Shown piece by piece: positions 26,348 through 38,301 of a stretch of DNA of 64,000 nt; positions within the stretch are counted from its first letter, which is position 1; each line of letters starts with the position of its first letter. Made by a program: the position numbers and the translations under genes. Where the stretch lies: the NCBI GenBank assembly GCA_951406725.2, contig OX597817.1, positions 33,108,001 through 33,172,000 of the forward strand, in the 5' to 3' direction. The notes under the pieces are model-generated. The model was not told the DNA's origin, searched no databases, and worked only from the letters and a program-made list of their open reading frames with translations. Source of the stretch: Octopus vulgaris (taxonomy: Eukaryota).

Positions 26348-26583
26348 GAATCCCCAAGATTCCGAGTTCGATTCCAGGCAGTGACCTGAATAATAATAAT
26401 AATAATAATAATAACATCGAAAAATACCTTAGGATCCAGGTTCGAAATTTCCCCAAGACACCTGATGAAGGCTGGAGGGTATATCAGCCGAAACGTTGTG
26501 TTAACAACAAACAAGATGAGGACGAATATCCGTCGAATGTAAATAATGTACATAATTCCTCATCTCTTAAATATAGAACTGTA
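26348..26583 (+). mobile_element. Short non-coding element: partial tRNA-like head, (AAT)n and a hammerhead-bearing Penelope pLTR-like module
   Basis: B-box-like AGTTCGATTCC at 26365-26375, (AAT)n, hammerhead core at 26457-26502 and a downstream 9-bp stem. Nested in an older SINE. A decayed second copy lies at 60082-60166. Confidence 0.7.
26457..26502 (+). ncRNA. Minimal type I hammerhead ribozyme (Penelope-like)
   Basis: GACAC-CTGATGA-A-GGCTG(gagggtatat)CAGCC-GAAA-CG-TT|GTGTT. Stem I GACAC/GTGTT, stem II GGCTG/CAGCC, palindromic AACGTT minimal stem III. Predicted cleavage after GUU at 26497. Confidence 0.8.
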
Positions 26584-27704
26584 ACTAACCCCTTGCCTTA
26601 AAATTTCTGGTCCTGTGTTGATATCAGACACCATTAATAGCATTTGAAGGTAAAATTGCTATACAAATTGAAAGCAATTGTCAAATTTTCATGTTGGTGT
26701 CTGCTAAACCTAAAAATCCACCACAAGTTCTTGTCTTTGTTGTGAAGTGGTGGCTTGTATGCCTCAATGGCCTTGATGGTTATGTCAGTGGAGCACAAGC
26801 TCTTGGTAGGGGCTCCCCATGCTGTATAATTCAAAACGATTGGGGCCAGACTACCTCTTCTCTGAGGTAAAAATGGATTTGTGTAAAGCCAACACTCTTA
26901 CCTAGATAAAAACAAAGTTACAGAATTATTGATGACAATCCTAGACCTGGAAGAGGAAGACCCTTGCTCAGGGAAACTGCAGAAAGACAGTCCAGAGTGG
27001 AGAGAAGTTGTTAATAGCCTATGTTCTACAGGGAGTGAAGGGCTTAATGAATGAATAAACCCAAATGTAGAACAAATTTTATCATAGGCACATAGCTCAG
27101 TTTTGTGGAGAAAGTTTAAAATGAAGTTGACATAGATGAGAATAAAATATAAAAGTCATTTAATTTTACATCCCTCATTACCGTTTGACAACTGGTGTTG
27201 GTGTGTTTATATCCCTGTTACTTAGCGGTTCAGCAAAATTAAGTACTGGAGCCAATACATGCGACTAAACATTCTTCAAGGTGGTGCCCCAGCATGGCCA
27301 CAGCCTAATGGCTGAAACAAGTGAAAGATAAAAGAAACATCTCTCTAACTATATCAAGGAAAGCCATTATATCTTTTGAAAGCATCTTACTCATGGTAAC
27401 ATGTAAAACAATGAGATACTGATACAATTATGTCCTGATAAACAAAATGCCCAAAGTGGAGATATTGGAGAATCTCTTAACCTCATTACACATCCTTGAT
27501 ATTGACACTATTCTGTTTTTTATTATTATTTATTTAATGTTAGGGATGGGCTCTGAATTAGCTTTCAACTTTAGTTATTGTTAATGAACTCTTGCCATTG
27601 GATCTCTGACATCTTTTTAAAAGTCATTTGGAGCTGAATCCTCTTGCCTCAGTTTCAGTGCTTTGTCTCTGGGTTTCATAAAAATAAAAAATAAAAAATG
27701 ATGA

Positions 27705-28560
27705 ACTTATTGTATGTGATGCTCAGGTGCACTACAACTTATCAAAAGTAAGCAGAAGTGCATGAACAGAAGGCGGTGAGCTGGCAGAAACATCAGCACG
27801 CTGGGCGAAATACTTAGCGGTATTTTGCCTGCCGTTATGTTCTGAGTTCAGATTCCACCGAGGTCGACTTTGCCTTTCATCCTTTCGGGGTCAATAAATT
27901 AAGTACCAGTTATGCACTGGGATCAATGTAATTGACTTAATCCCTTTGTTTGTCCTTGTTTAGCCCCTTGTAGGCAATAAAGAAATAAGAAGTGCATGAA
28001 CAGTACATAGAATAATGCACAGGAAGTGAACAAGGAACAAGTCCTTTGAAAAAAGAAAAGGCAGGTGGGGCACATCAGGTGTACTGTTGGCGAATTTGGG
28101 GCAGTATGGAAGTTTTGAAGGATGTAGTGTCCCAACAACTAATGACTGATGCAGGTAGTTTATTTCATGCTTCAGCAATTATAAGGGTAAAAACATATTT
28201 CCAAAAGTCAAGGGTACTGTGTTGTTTTCTGATTTTGCAAGCATGACCACGAGTGTTAGACATGTGGAATTCAAAAAGGTACCCAAGGTCATTGTTGGAA
28301 AGATGGTGGGTAATCTCTTGAGTGTCTACCAAGTCAGTTGCCAGACATCGAAACTTTAATGTGTCCACGCACAAAGAAGCAAGACGGTCAGGGTATGGTA
28401 GATGTATTTGTCTGGTTGCACGTTTCTGAACAGTTTCCAGGAGATTGATATGCTGAACAAGATAGGAGTTCCAGACTGGTGATGCAATTTCTATGTGTGA
28501 AAGTACCATAGCCATAGACATCTTTAAATAGATAGGTGGAGAGTGGCAGACACAGGTCTT
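27705..28560 (-). pseudogene. Decayed 3' fragment of a CR1/L2-type LINE related to the 30668 element
   Basis: ORF 28165..28521 (ASPVWNSYLVQHINLLETVQKRATR...SNTRGHACKIRKQH) aligns by eye with the ORF2 C-terminus. The tail GCTCAGGTGCACTACAACT is at ~27721. Interrupted by a SINE. Confidence 0.85.
27770..27987 (+). mobile_element. tRNA-derived SINE (family A) inserted in the LINE fragment
   Basis: 16-bp TSD AGAAGTGCATGAACAG. Confidence 0.9.
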
Positions 28561-29584
28561 ACATATTCACATAAAGAATATACTTTACACTGGAAGTGAC
28601 AAATTAAAGGTTTAAATCTATATTTTTTATAGTTTCTTCCAGAGCACTACAGCATAAAATATGAATCAAAGGGGACTTAAAAGAAGGGACTGTCGTAAAA
28701 AAAAAATGCATGCGATTGGGTGAAAGACTGCTTTATGTACCAAAAGATGCAAGGAGGAACTACATAATTAACCAAATCTATATGTTATCATCAACATTGA
28801 CATTTTAATATCCATCCATCAGCTGGAATGGTTGTATGCTCATTACATCATTTTGTTATTATCCAACGTCAATCTGTTATAAATCTGTCTTGTTCTTGAA
28901 GTCCGAAAATCTGGATACGTTTGTATGCTATGGGGAGAAATGAATACTGTTATCTACATTCTGTTCTCCTCACAGCGTAAAACTCCATCCACATTTACAA
29001 ATAATATTTGTAGATACAAAGCAACGAGTTACCTCGAACTGGTTTTAAAAAATTTTCTTTTCTTTATTGAAAATCTGAATGGGGCAACATCCAGATTCCA
29101 CTCAGGAGTACCATTCTATAGCCACCTCCTCTCTCTCATTTACATGTGGTAATCCATACATACATGTTGAAATGCATGGTACTAAAATACATATATGCAG
29201 TTATATATAACCGTATGAGTGTACATTGTTTGATACGTATGTACGAATGTGTAGATGTATATGTGTGTGTATGCGTTGTGTGTTGTGTATGTTAGTGTAT
29301 AAGTATGTACATGCATGCACATATGAGTATGTGTAGATATATGTATGTATTGTATATGTATGCATGTAAAAAAAAGAATAAATAGAATAAAATAAAGCAA
29401 TTGTTTTCGTTCCAGCACACGATCTCAGATCAGGTCACATGCTATGCAAGTACATCTCCGTAATTTCTTTATCTCATTCTGCAGATTACGTTCAATATTA
29501 AATGCATAGTTGTCTCCCTTACATTCAACACTTAATAACTATGTTACTAATGATATATCTGTCAATGGTGTTTGTACCTGGTAC

Positions 29585-30155
29585 GTAGGGGAAAGTGTTT
29601 TTAAGTATCTAGGATCACGTGTGACGGCGGGTGGGGGATTGGCTGAGGAGGAGGGATATAGAATGAGGGAAGGGAGTAAGATTCTTGGAGTTGTGAAAAG
29701 CATGCTGAGAGCTAAAAGATTGAGCATGAAAGCGAAAAGAGGTGTCTATGAGGGCGTGATTGTGCCGACAATGTTATATGGTGAAGAGACGTGGGGTCTG
29801 AGAGAGACGGAAAAGAGGCGACAAGATGTGTTTAAGATGAGATGCTTGAGGGCAATGGTTGGAGTGACACGGATGGACAGGATTAGGAATGAGGAGGTGA
29901 GAGAAAATCTATGTATGGATAGACGAATGTTGAGGTGGTTTGGCCACATGGAGAGGATGGGTACGGAGTGGATGGTAAGGAGGGTGATGAAGGCAGAAGT
30001 GGTAGGCAGCAGAATCAGAGGCAGACCTCGGTTTATGTGGATGGATGGAGTGAAGAAAGCTTTGGTGGTTAGAGGTGTTGGAGTGAAGAAAGCTTTGGTG
30101 GTTAGAGGTGTTGGAGTGAAGAAAGCTTTGGTGGTTAGAGGTGTTGGAGTGAGAG
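29585..30155 (+). pseudogene. RTE-clade LINE RT C-terminal fragment ending in a 33-bp triplication
   Basis: FKYLGS...YEGVIVPTMLYGEETW...MRCLRAMVGVTRMDRIRNEEVR...LRWFGHMERM...RGRPRFMWMDGV. GGAGTGAAGAAAGCTTTGGTGGTTAGAGGTGTT occurs three times at 30047-30152. Confidence 0.85.
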
Positions 30156-30980
30156 GGACAATAAAAACCCCAAAAGATATTCTATTAAATCTTCTTAAAA
30201 TGAGGAGCAAAACAAAATGCTTTCCTTCACAACCTAGCCACCATACGGGTGGCTGGTCAAAATTAACTCTAGATTAAGAGAAAAAGAAAACATATATAGA
30301 AACATTGATTAACATCTAGAAAAAGTCAGTCGTCCCACCCACTCCATCTGCTTAACAGAGTAGCTGTCCACTCTACGCATAGAGTAGCTGTCCACCGAAG
30401 TTCCATATAATATGGGAATGAAAAAGGAAAAGGAGGAAAATACAATGTTACTAAAACAAAGACACATTCACAAGTAGACAAACAAATGGTTTGATTAGGG
30501 TATAATCAATTTGGCGAGGAAACTAAAGAGAAAATATTACGACGATGACCACCACAGATCTACAATGGAAGAATTCACCACGTGTAGTTGAGGGTAAAGA
30601 AATCGTTGAACGACAGTAAGTACGTCCAAAATTTATAAAGCAGTGACATACATACATACATAGATACTTGTAGCACACATGTATATACGTGCAGAGTGAA
30701 ACTAAATCACACTATTTAATGTGACGGACTACACTGCAAAAAAATCAAAAATTTCATTTCTGTTTACAAACTTTCTCCGTGTCTATACGCACAAATACTT
30801 TTATGTATACACACGCAATATTTAAGAAAAAAAGGAATATACACAAAAAAGAACGAAACATGTGTATATACACACGCAATATTTAAGAACAAGGAATATA
30901 CACAAAAAAGAACGAATCAAAAACAAATATTTTATATTTTACTTTTATCGTATTGTTGTTTACATTTTCTGTCTCTACGG

Positions 30981-32210
30981 ATGACCAGAACCAACAGAAT
31001 CGCCATGGTGAAATCCATAGCGGCGTGCGATAAGACTGGTCGCTGCTCTAAAATAGAACACTGCCCAGAAAATCACACCTGCCACATCTGTACGGAACCC
31101 GAAAATACGTTCCGTAATCGCTGGGTCGAATGTGGGACATGTCTCATCTCTGTCTGCCTCCAATGTGCCACGGACTTTCAGAAGATCCCAGGCCAAAAAA
31201 AGAGCCATCATAATGCTATGATGGATAGACTCTGGAAGATGGTTCAGCTTAAATCTTGGACTTTTCAGTGTCAGGCCTGCGTGCCTCCACAACCGACGAT
31301 TGTGTCTCCCCCTGCCACTCCCGTGGAGGAGGCGGAACAGCAACAGCAGCAACAACAAAATCAACCACAACCAGAGCAGCAGCAACAACAACAGCAACAA
31401 CAACAGCAGCAGCAACAACTAGAGCAGCAGCAGCAGCAACAACAAAATCAACCACAACCAGAGCAGCAGCAACAACAAAATCAACCACAACCAGAGCAGC
31501 AGCAACAACAACATCAACAACAACAACAGCAACAACAAAATCAACCACAACCAGAGCAACAGCAGCAACAACAACAACACCAATTGACCAGTGCGGTTCT
31601 TGCAGAACTGCAACAATCGATCTGTGCTTTAAAAGGGGAAGTAGCAGGAATAAAAGCAACCATTCAGGTTGGACTCCACAATGAGGGGTCTTATCGGAAT
31701 GCTCTGCTAAAGAACCTCCCTGTACCTGTACCTCTTGTCGCATTTAAGACCGCGGATTCTGCCACCCATGAAGTCATTGCCATTGGGGTGCCAGAAGACA
31801 TGGCTGATCTTCAGGCTTTTGCTGCCAACTCAGCCAAAGACCTAGGCTGCGTTCCCCCAACGGGTGCTATCCGCCTTGGACGACCTGGCCCAAAACCTAG
31901 GCTCATCAAGTTGTCTTTTACGGACCCCACTGAGGCAACCTCTTACCATCTGGCCTCAGTTAAAGCTGGGCGGGAAAATCGGACCACCTTCCGAACACGC
32001 CCAGGCTTACCATCCGATATACGCCCAAAGCTACGTGTAGTGGCTTCCCTGAATAGGAACTCAGCTCTACAGGAAAGCTTCAGTCTTCGGGAAGATGGAC
32101 AAATCTGGAGATTTGTCAAGACTGCTGAAACGTGGAAGAGAGATACCAGCTGGTCTGAGTGCTCTCTACCCACAATAACTAGAAAAACTACAGCAACTCA
32201 GGGAAACTAA
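30981..32210 (+). CDS. LINE ORF1 protein: PHD-like Cys finger, polyQ repeat, coiled coil, RRM-like region
   Basis: 409-aa intact ORF with CHIC...WVECGTC...CLQC...WTFQCQAC, four QQNQPQPEQQQ repeats, LAELQQSICALKGEV, and VIAIGVPE...IRLGRPGPKPRLIKLSF typical of CR1-type ORF1. Confidence 0.85.
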   Translation: MTRTNRIAMVKSIAACDKTGRCSKIEHCPENHTCHICTEPENTFRNRWVECGTCLISVCLQCATDFQKIPGQKKSHHNAMMDRLWKMVQLKSWTFQCQACVPPQPTIVSPPATPVEEAEQQQQQQQNQPQPEQQQQQQQQQQQQQQLEQQQQQQQNQPQPEQQQQQNQPQPEQQQQQHQQQQQQQQNQPQPEQQQQQQQHQLTSAVLAELQQSICALKGEVAGIKATIQVGLHNEGSYRNALLKNLPVPVPLVAFKTADSATHEVIAIGVPEDMADLQAFAANSAKDLGCVPPTGAIRLGRPGPKPRLIKLSFTDPTEATSYHLASVKAGRENRTTFRTRPGLPSDIRPKLRVVASLNRNSALQESFSLREDGQIWRFVKTAETWKRDTSWSECSLPTITRKTTATQGN

Positions 32211-35028
32211 GCCAGAACAACCTGCCATCCTCTACACACCATCATAAACTGCGAGCAGGGTACAAATTGTTGTCCTTAAATGCTCGCAGTTTATGCAACA
32301 AAATACATTTGTTCAACGCCTACGTCAGAAGTGTTGACCCTGACTTCATCACTGTCACGGAAACATGGGCGCATTCCTTACTCTGTGATGGGGTTTTCAA
32401 CATTACGGGGTACAACCTCTTCCGTAAGGACCGCACTAACCGCCGTGGTGGTGGTGTGATGGTCTACGTTCGTTCAAATTTTTTGGTAATTCCTTGTGCC
32501 GATTTGAACGAATCACAAGAAGAAGTTTTTTTCTGTGACGTGCGTATGACCATGTCAACACTCCTGCTTGGCGTTGTTTATCGTCCCCCAAGTTACCATC
32601 GGGACACACAGCTTTGCAATGTCCTCCGAGCTGCTGCCAGGAAAACAGCCACTTATGTGTTTATTGCAGGCGATTTCAATCATCCTGAGATCAATTGGGA
32701 GACCTTCCATTGGCCACAGAGTGCAAACGATTTTGTTGAGCTTGTGCTGGACTCAAACTGGTCACAAGTAGTCACCTCTCCAACAAGAGGCGACAACACC
32801 TTGGACCTGCTCTTCACCACAACTCCTGAAGCGGTTATCAATTGCACTACGGAGGAACCTCTAGGTGACTCTGATCATGCTATGATCATCGCCAATCTGG
32901 CTCTTGCGGGCAACAAAAACCTGAACCATCTCCAATCTGCTTCCTTCGATTGGAAGAGAGCAGATTGGAACCTGTACCACACTGAACTACAGCACCCAAA
33001 CTGGCGTGAATTCTACAACTCTGGAGATGTGAATACTATACTCCAGAGTATCCTGGACTCAATATGGGCAGCATGTGCAGCATCAGTGCCACGTAAACAA
33101 AAAAAGAAGAACCGCCCCAAAAGGGCAATTTGGGAAACTTCAGCGGTCCGACTTGCCAGGAGGGAACGTCGGACTGCTGAACGGGAATACAGGTTGCATA
33201 AATCAGACACCAACAGGAAGAAGCGGAATAAATCCTCCAACCATCTCAAGCAAGTGACAAAAAAAGCAGTGCTTGAATTTGAACAGTGCATAGCAGCCAA
33301 TCCTGACAGCAAGGTTTTCTGGAAATATGTGCACTCAAAGCAGAGACCTCACTCTCCAGTGGGCCCTCTTCGCAACCCTCACACAAACCAGATCACTGAC
33401 GACCCCAAGGAATGCGCAGAACTCATTGCCGAGTGCTATGCAAACATATTCACTGTTGAAAGTCAAAATGTACCATCTTCACCATCACTAACAGCAAACT
33501 CCATAACAACTATGGAATTTACACCTGCAATGCTGCGACGTCACCTTCAAAATAAGCACAACTATGCCTCCCCTGGTCTCGATGGAGTTACATACCTGCT
33601 TCTCAAACGTGGCAGGCACTTCCTTTTACACCAGCTTTCTATTTTCTTCCAGTACTGTCTCAACAATGGTGCTACTCCGGAGCAGTGGAAAACTGCCAGT
33701 GTCATTCCTCTGTTCAAAAAGGGCGACCGCACATCACCTGTCAACTATCGCCCAGTCAGTCTCACTAGCTGTATTGCAAAACTGATGGAATCGTGTGTCA
33801 GAGAAACACTCTGGAACTTCTGGAGCTCTCACAGTCTCATCCGACCCTCACAATATGGATTTGTCCCTAACTCCAGCTGCAGTGACCAGCTTGTCGAGTT
33901 CCTTGAGGACATTACTCAGATTACTGACAGTGGCTCATGGGTGGATGTTGTCTACCTTGACTTTGCTAAGGCTTTCAACTCTGTGCCACACAAAAGGCTT
34001 ATGGTGAAACTCTCTGCAATGGGTGTGGGGGATGACCTTTTTAACTGGTTGAAATCCTTCATCCTCAGCCGAAAGGAGGTAGTCACAGTTCTAGGACAGC
34101 ACTCTACACCATATGAGATGTCATCGGGTGTACCACAAGGATCTGTCCTTGGCCTCTTGTTTGTGACATACATTAACGACATAGATGCCAATTTAAAGAA
34201 TGCCACAGTATTGAAATATGCAGACGACATCAAGCTGTACCTTGAAATCAAGAGGACAGATCCTGATGTCTACAACTCTTTCCTGCAATCAGACCTAGAC
34301 ACAATGCAGCAATGGATCACAGACTGGCAACTGAAACTGGCTGTGGACAAGTGTACCACCATGCATTTTGGGAGAAAAACCCTGCGTTCACATACTCCCT
34401 CCACAACACTGATATCAAGAAATCCTCTTGCGAGCGTAACCTAGGCATCACTGTCAGCAGTGATTTGCGTTGGTCAAAGCATATCTCTAAGATTGTCAGG
34501 AAGGCCGAGGGTGTCTTGGCATCACTCAGCAGGTCTTTTGTTAGCCGCTCTCCAGCCATCTATTTAAAACTGTATACAGCTATGGTACGACCACACTTGG
34601 AATTTGCATCATCAGTTTGGAACCCCTATCTTGCACAGAACATTGACCTCCTGGAATCTGTCCAGAGACGTGCAACCAAACGCATACCCTCCATCAGACA
34701 CCTACCATATTCTGAGCGCCTTGTTTCCCTGGGCATGGATTCACTGAAGCTCCGGCGTTTGGCGATGGACTTGGTAAACACCCACAAAGTTATCAACCAC
34801 CTCACCAACAACAACACTGAACACCTTTTTGATCTCCATGTATCTAACACACGTGGACATGCCTACAAAGTCAGAAAACAATACAGCTCCCATGACTTTC
34901 GGAAACATTTTTTCACGCTCAGAGTTGCTGAAGCATGGAATAAACTGCCTGCGTCAGTTGTTGACTGCCATGACACTGCATCTTTTAAGGCCCTCATGCT
35001 TTCCGAAATCCGCCGAAACTTCACCTGA
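32201..35028 (+). CDS. LINE ORF2 (AP endonuclease + reverse transcriptase), one frameshift
   Basis: LNARSL, VTETW, GDFNHP, LDLLF and SDH (APE); NYRPVSL, YLDFAKAF, GVPQGSVLG and YADD (RT). The frame is open from 32183 with no ATG until inside the APE domain. A 1-nt loss in the A-run at 34375-34379 splits it into ORFs 32267..34444 and 34312..35028. Confidence 0.9.
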
Positions 35029-35489
35029 TTATATATACACTTTAGATGAGTTGTAGTGCACCTGAGCACTGTACACAATTATTATTATTATTATTATTAA
35101 ACATAGATACAATATATAAATCTATAATAACATATAAGACGGAAGATGTGTGTGTGTATGTGTGTGTGTACGTGACTGGCCATTCGGATGATCTCACGTA
35201 AAATCAATATCTTCATCCAATTCGTTCACGCTTGGCAAACGCATCACAGATGGTTTTACATTCTTTAAATTTTGCACTAAGCTACCATGGAAAGCGGACG
35301 TCAAACGATGATGATGATGATGATGGGGCTTCTAGAGAAAGGTTACCCCCCCCTCCATTTCTGATATATAGTGACTATTTCGGACAAGGGAGGTAACTCT
35401 GCGCAGTAACATTCAGAAATTGCTTGTCTCCCTTACGTCTGTATTCCCCGCTACACTTTTTGGGTCTCTACAGTTCACCTCAAGATGCT

Positions 35490-37885
35490 CTGCAGAACAT
35501 TTCATGCACACATTATCGTCGAATTCAGTAATTCTGTGAAATCCATACGTTACGTATGCAAGTACATTACCAAAGGATCGGACAGAGCCGTTTTCAAATA
35601 AAATCTACACGATCAACAGATTTTACAAATGATGAAGTGACTCTTTTCGAAACTGGACGCTACATATCCACCAATGAAGCCATATAGAGAACCTTAGGAT
35701 TTCCAGTTCACGAATGATACCCTCCTATGATTCATCTCAGCGTTTATTTGGAAGATAGGCAGTGAATTTACTTCACAGAAGACAACCCCATTCAAGAAGC
35801 AGCTGCCCCGCCAAAGACCACTCTTACGGCCTTCTTTCATCTATGCAAAGTCGACCCCTTTGCAAAGTTTATTTTGTACGTTGAAGTGCCACATTATTAT
35901 ACATGGAATCAACCATCTTCCCTGTGGTAACGGCGAAAACAAGTCCGGCCTACGCAGTTGCATCCAGCCGTGAACAAAGACGACACAATCGGACGCGTCT
36001 CTACAGTTCACCCCTTGGACTTCGAATGCTTCCATCTGCGGCTCTTGCTTCATGCCATTAAGGGACCGACCTCCTTCGACGACCTTCTCACAGTGGACGG
36101 TCATTCATGTGGCACTTTCAAAGATGCCTGCTCCAAACGCGGACTTTTGGATAGATATGATCAATATAATAATGCGCTCGAAGAGGCCTCGCTGTGTCGT
36201 TCTCCGCACAAACTCCGACATCTTTTTGCATTAATGCTGGTTTTCTGTACCCTGACAGACGCACATTCACTTTGAAATAAATACACAGACACAATGTGCC
36301 ATGACACTTTGCTGCAGACTCGCCAAATCCCAGGTAGCGTTGACACTCCCACTACATTTGCAACAGAGGGCTTCTTCTCTTGGAAGACTTGGTTATGGCA
36401 AATGAAGGTCAACGATTAGACGCTTATTCTCTCAACACTCCAGAGAGAAATGAAGACGCCTGTCCCAATCACCTCATTCTCAGAGAAACATCCTACAACA
36501 TTCATAAACCCAAACAATACATTGCTGACAACGAGCCCCTTCTGACTTCCGATCAAACCGACGTATACAATTTTGTTATCGGAAACATCAACACACACAC
36601 TGGCGAAACCATCTTCTTAGACGCACCCGGTGGAACTGGAAAAACATTCCTCCTGAATCTTCTTTTTGCGAAGTTGCGACATAATGGTGACCTTGCTATT
36701 GTTATTGTCTCCTCAGGAATAGCCTCGACTCTCCCCGACGGCGGACGAACAGCACACTCTACCTTCAAATTGCCTTTCGATGTAGCACACCAAGAAAACC
36801 CAATATGTCACATAATGCAATCCTCGGACGAAGCGATAGTTTTGGAAAAGTGCAAACTCATTGTTTGGGATAAAGCAGCTATGTCCCATAAATGTTCCCT
36901 ACAAGCACTTGATACCACAATGAAACCTTAGATCGAACAATAACATCCTTGGAGGTGCAACTCTAATTCTTGCAGGAAATTTTCGACAAACTTTGCCTTT
37001 TATACCCAAAGGAACACCTGCTGATGAACTTAATTCCTGCCTTAAAAAATCCCTCCTTTGGTCGCATGTCCAATCTAAACAACTCACCATCAACATAAGA
37101 TCACTTATACAGACAGGTCAGCCTACAACCCAGGTTTCAGAAATCCTCCTTAAAATCGGCAATGGACAAGTTACGTCCGACGACAACGGATACATTGACA
37201 CTACCACCATTGGCCACACTGTCTCCAGCCCTGATGACTTATGTTCTGCCGTTTACCCAAATCTTACAATGGAATACATAAAACCAGATTGGCTTCGCGA
37301 CAAGGCTGTTCTTGCACCTATAAATGCAGCTGTCAACACTCTTATCTACAACTTCTCAAAAACGTTGTTACAGATCAGTTGACACCGTTACCGACCTTGA
37401 TCAGGTTACACACGTTCCAACAGGATTTCTCAACTCCCAAGATCCTCCAGGACTCCCTCCCCATGAACTTCATTTAAAAGTCGGTTGCCATGTCATCCTC
37501 CTACGTAATCTAAATGCACCCACACTATGCAATAGAACTCGCCTTGTGGTCAAACAAATGACGGACCACGTCATTGAAGCCCAAATTATCACGGGACACG
37601 GTAAAAACAATACTGTTCTCATTCCGAAAATTCAGCTAACCCCAACAAACTGCTCTTATTCTATGTAGAGACTTGAGAATTCCCTCTCAAACTCAGCTTT
37701 GCCATGACAATTAACAAAGCACAAGGTCAGTCGCTGAAAGTTTTCGGATTGGATCACCGAACGTCGTGCTTTTCACATGGACAGTTCTACGTCGGTTCTT
37801 CTAAAGTTGACCATCCAGACAACTTATTCATCTACGCCCCTGAAGGAAAAACCAAAAATGTCGTCTACAAAGCAGCCCTACTGCA
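35490..37885 (+). pseudogene. Helitron RepHel (Rep C-terminal part + Pif1 helicase) with stops and frameshifts
   Basis: SIRYVCKYITKGSD, FHLRLLLHAIKGPTSFDDLLTVDG, Walker A FLDAPGGTGKT, GGRTAHSTFKLP, LIVWD, GLPPHELHLKVGCHVILLRNL and MTINKAQGQSL...FSHGQFYV. Confidence 0.92.
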
Positions 37886-38301
37886 ATCTTCGCCAAACTG
37901 TAGCCGTTAACAATCAGACTTCCTGCAATCATTTCATTGATATTTCCCTGATTGCTGTTAACAGTACATTACCTTCAACAACCCTCATTACTTCACACAC
38001 GCTGTTCGCTCATAAACATGCTCTGATATTTATTTTTGTACATGTCATTATTCTATTTGTGTGTTTGTTATAAATGTTTGCTTTTCTTTATTATACATGA
38101 CTTTCATTGAAAAAAAAAAAAAGCTTCAATGCAGCTGTGTCATTACGAGAAAAATAAGTACATGATCCAAAACGCTTCAAGTAAGATATAAGATATCTAA
38201 TATCTACTGCAATAGCGATCTCATTTCATGGACTTTCATTTATTACTAACTACCAAATTTGTATTCAAAAAATTTATTTATTACTTAAGTTGCTTAATAC
38301 C

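Larger units (their letters stand above)
30668..35100 (+). mobile_element. Apparently full-length CR1/L2-group non-LTR retrotransposon
   Basis: ORF1 plus APE-RT ORF2, 3' stem-loop AGTGC-ACCTGA-GCACT (35055-35070) and (ATT)n tail. Candidate 10-bp TSD ACATAGATAC at 30658-30667 and 35101-35110. Confidence 0.88.

Noticed and set aside
30975-31743. Antisense and alternative-frame Leu/Val/Thr-rich ORFs
   Set aside because: Shadow frames of the CAG/CAA repeat in LINE ORF1.
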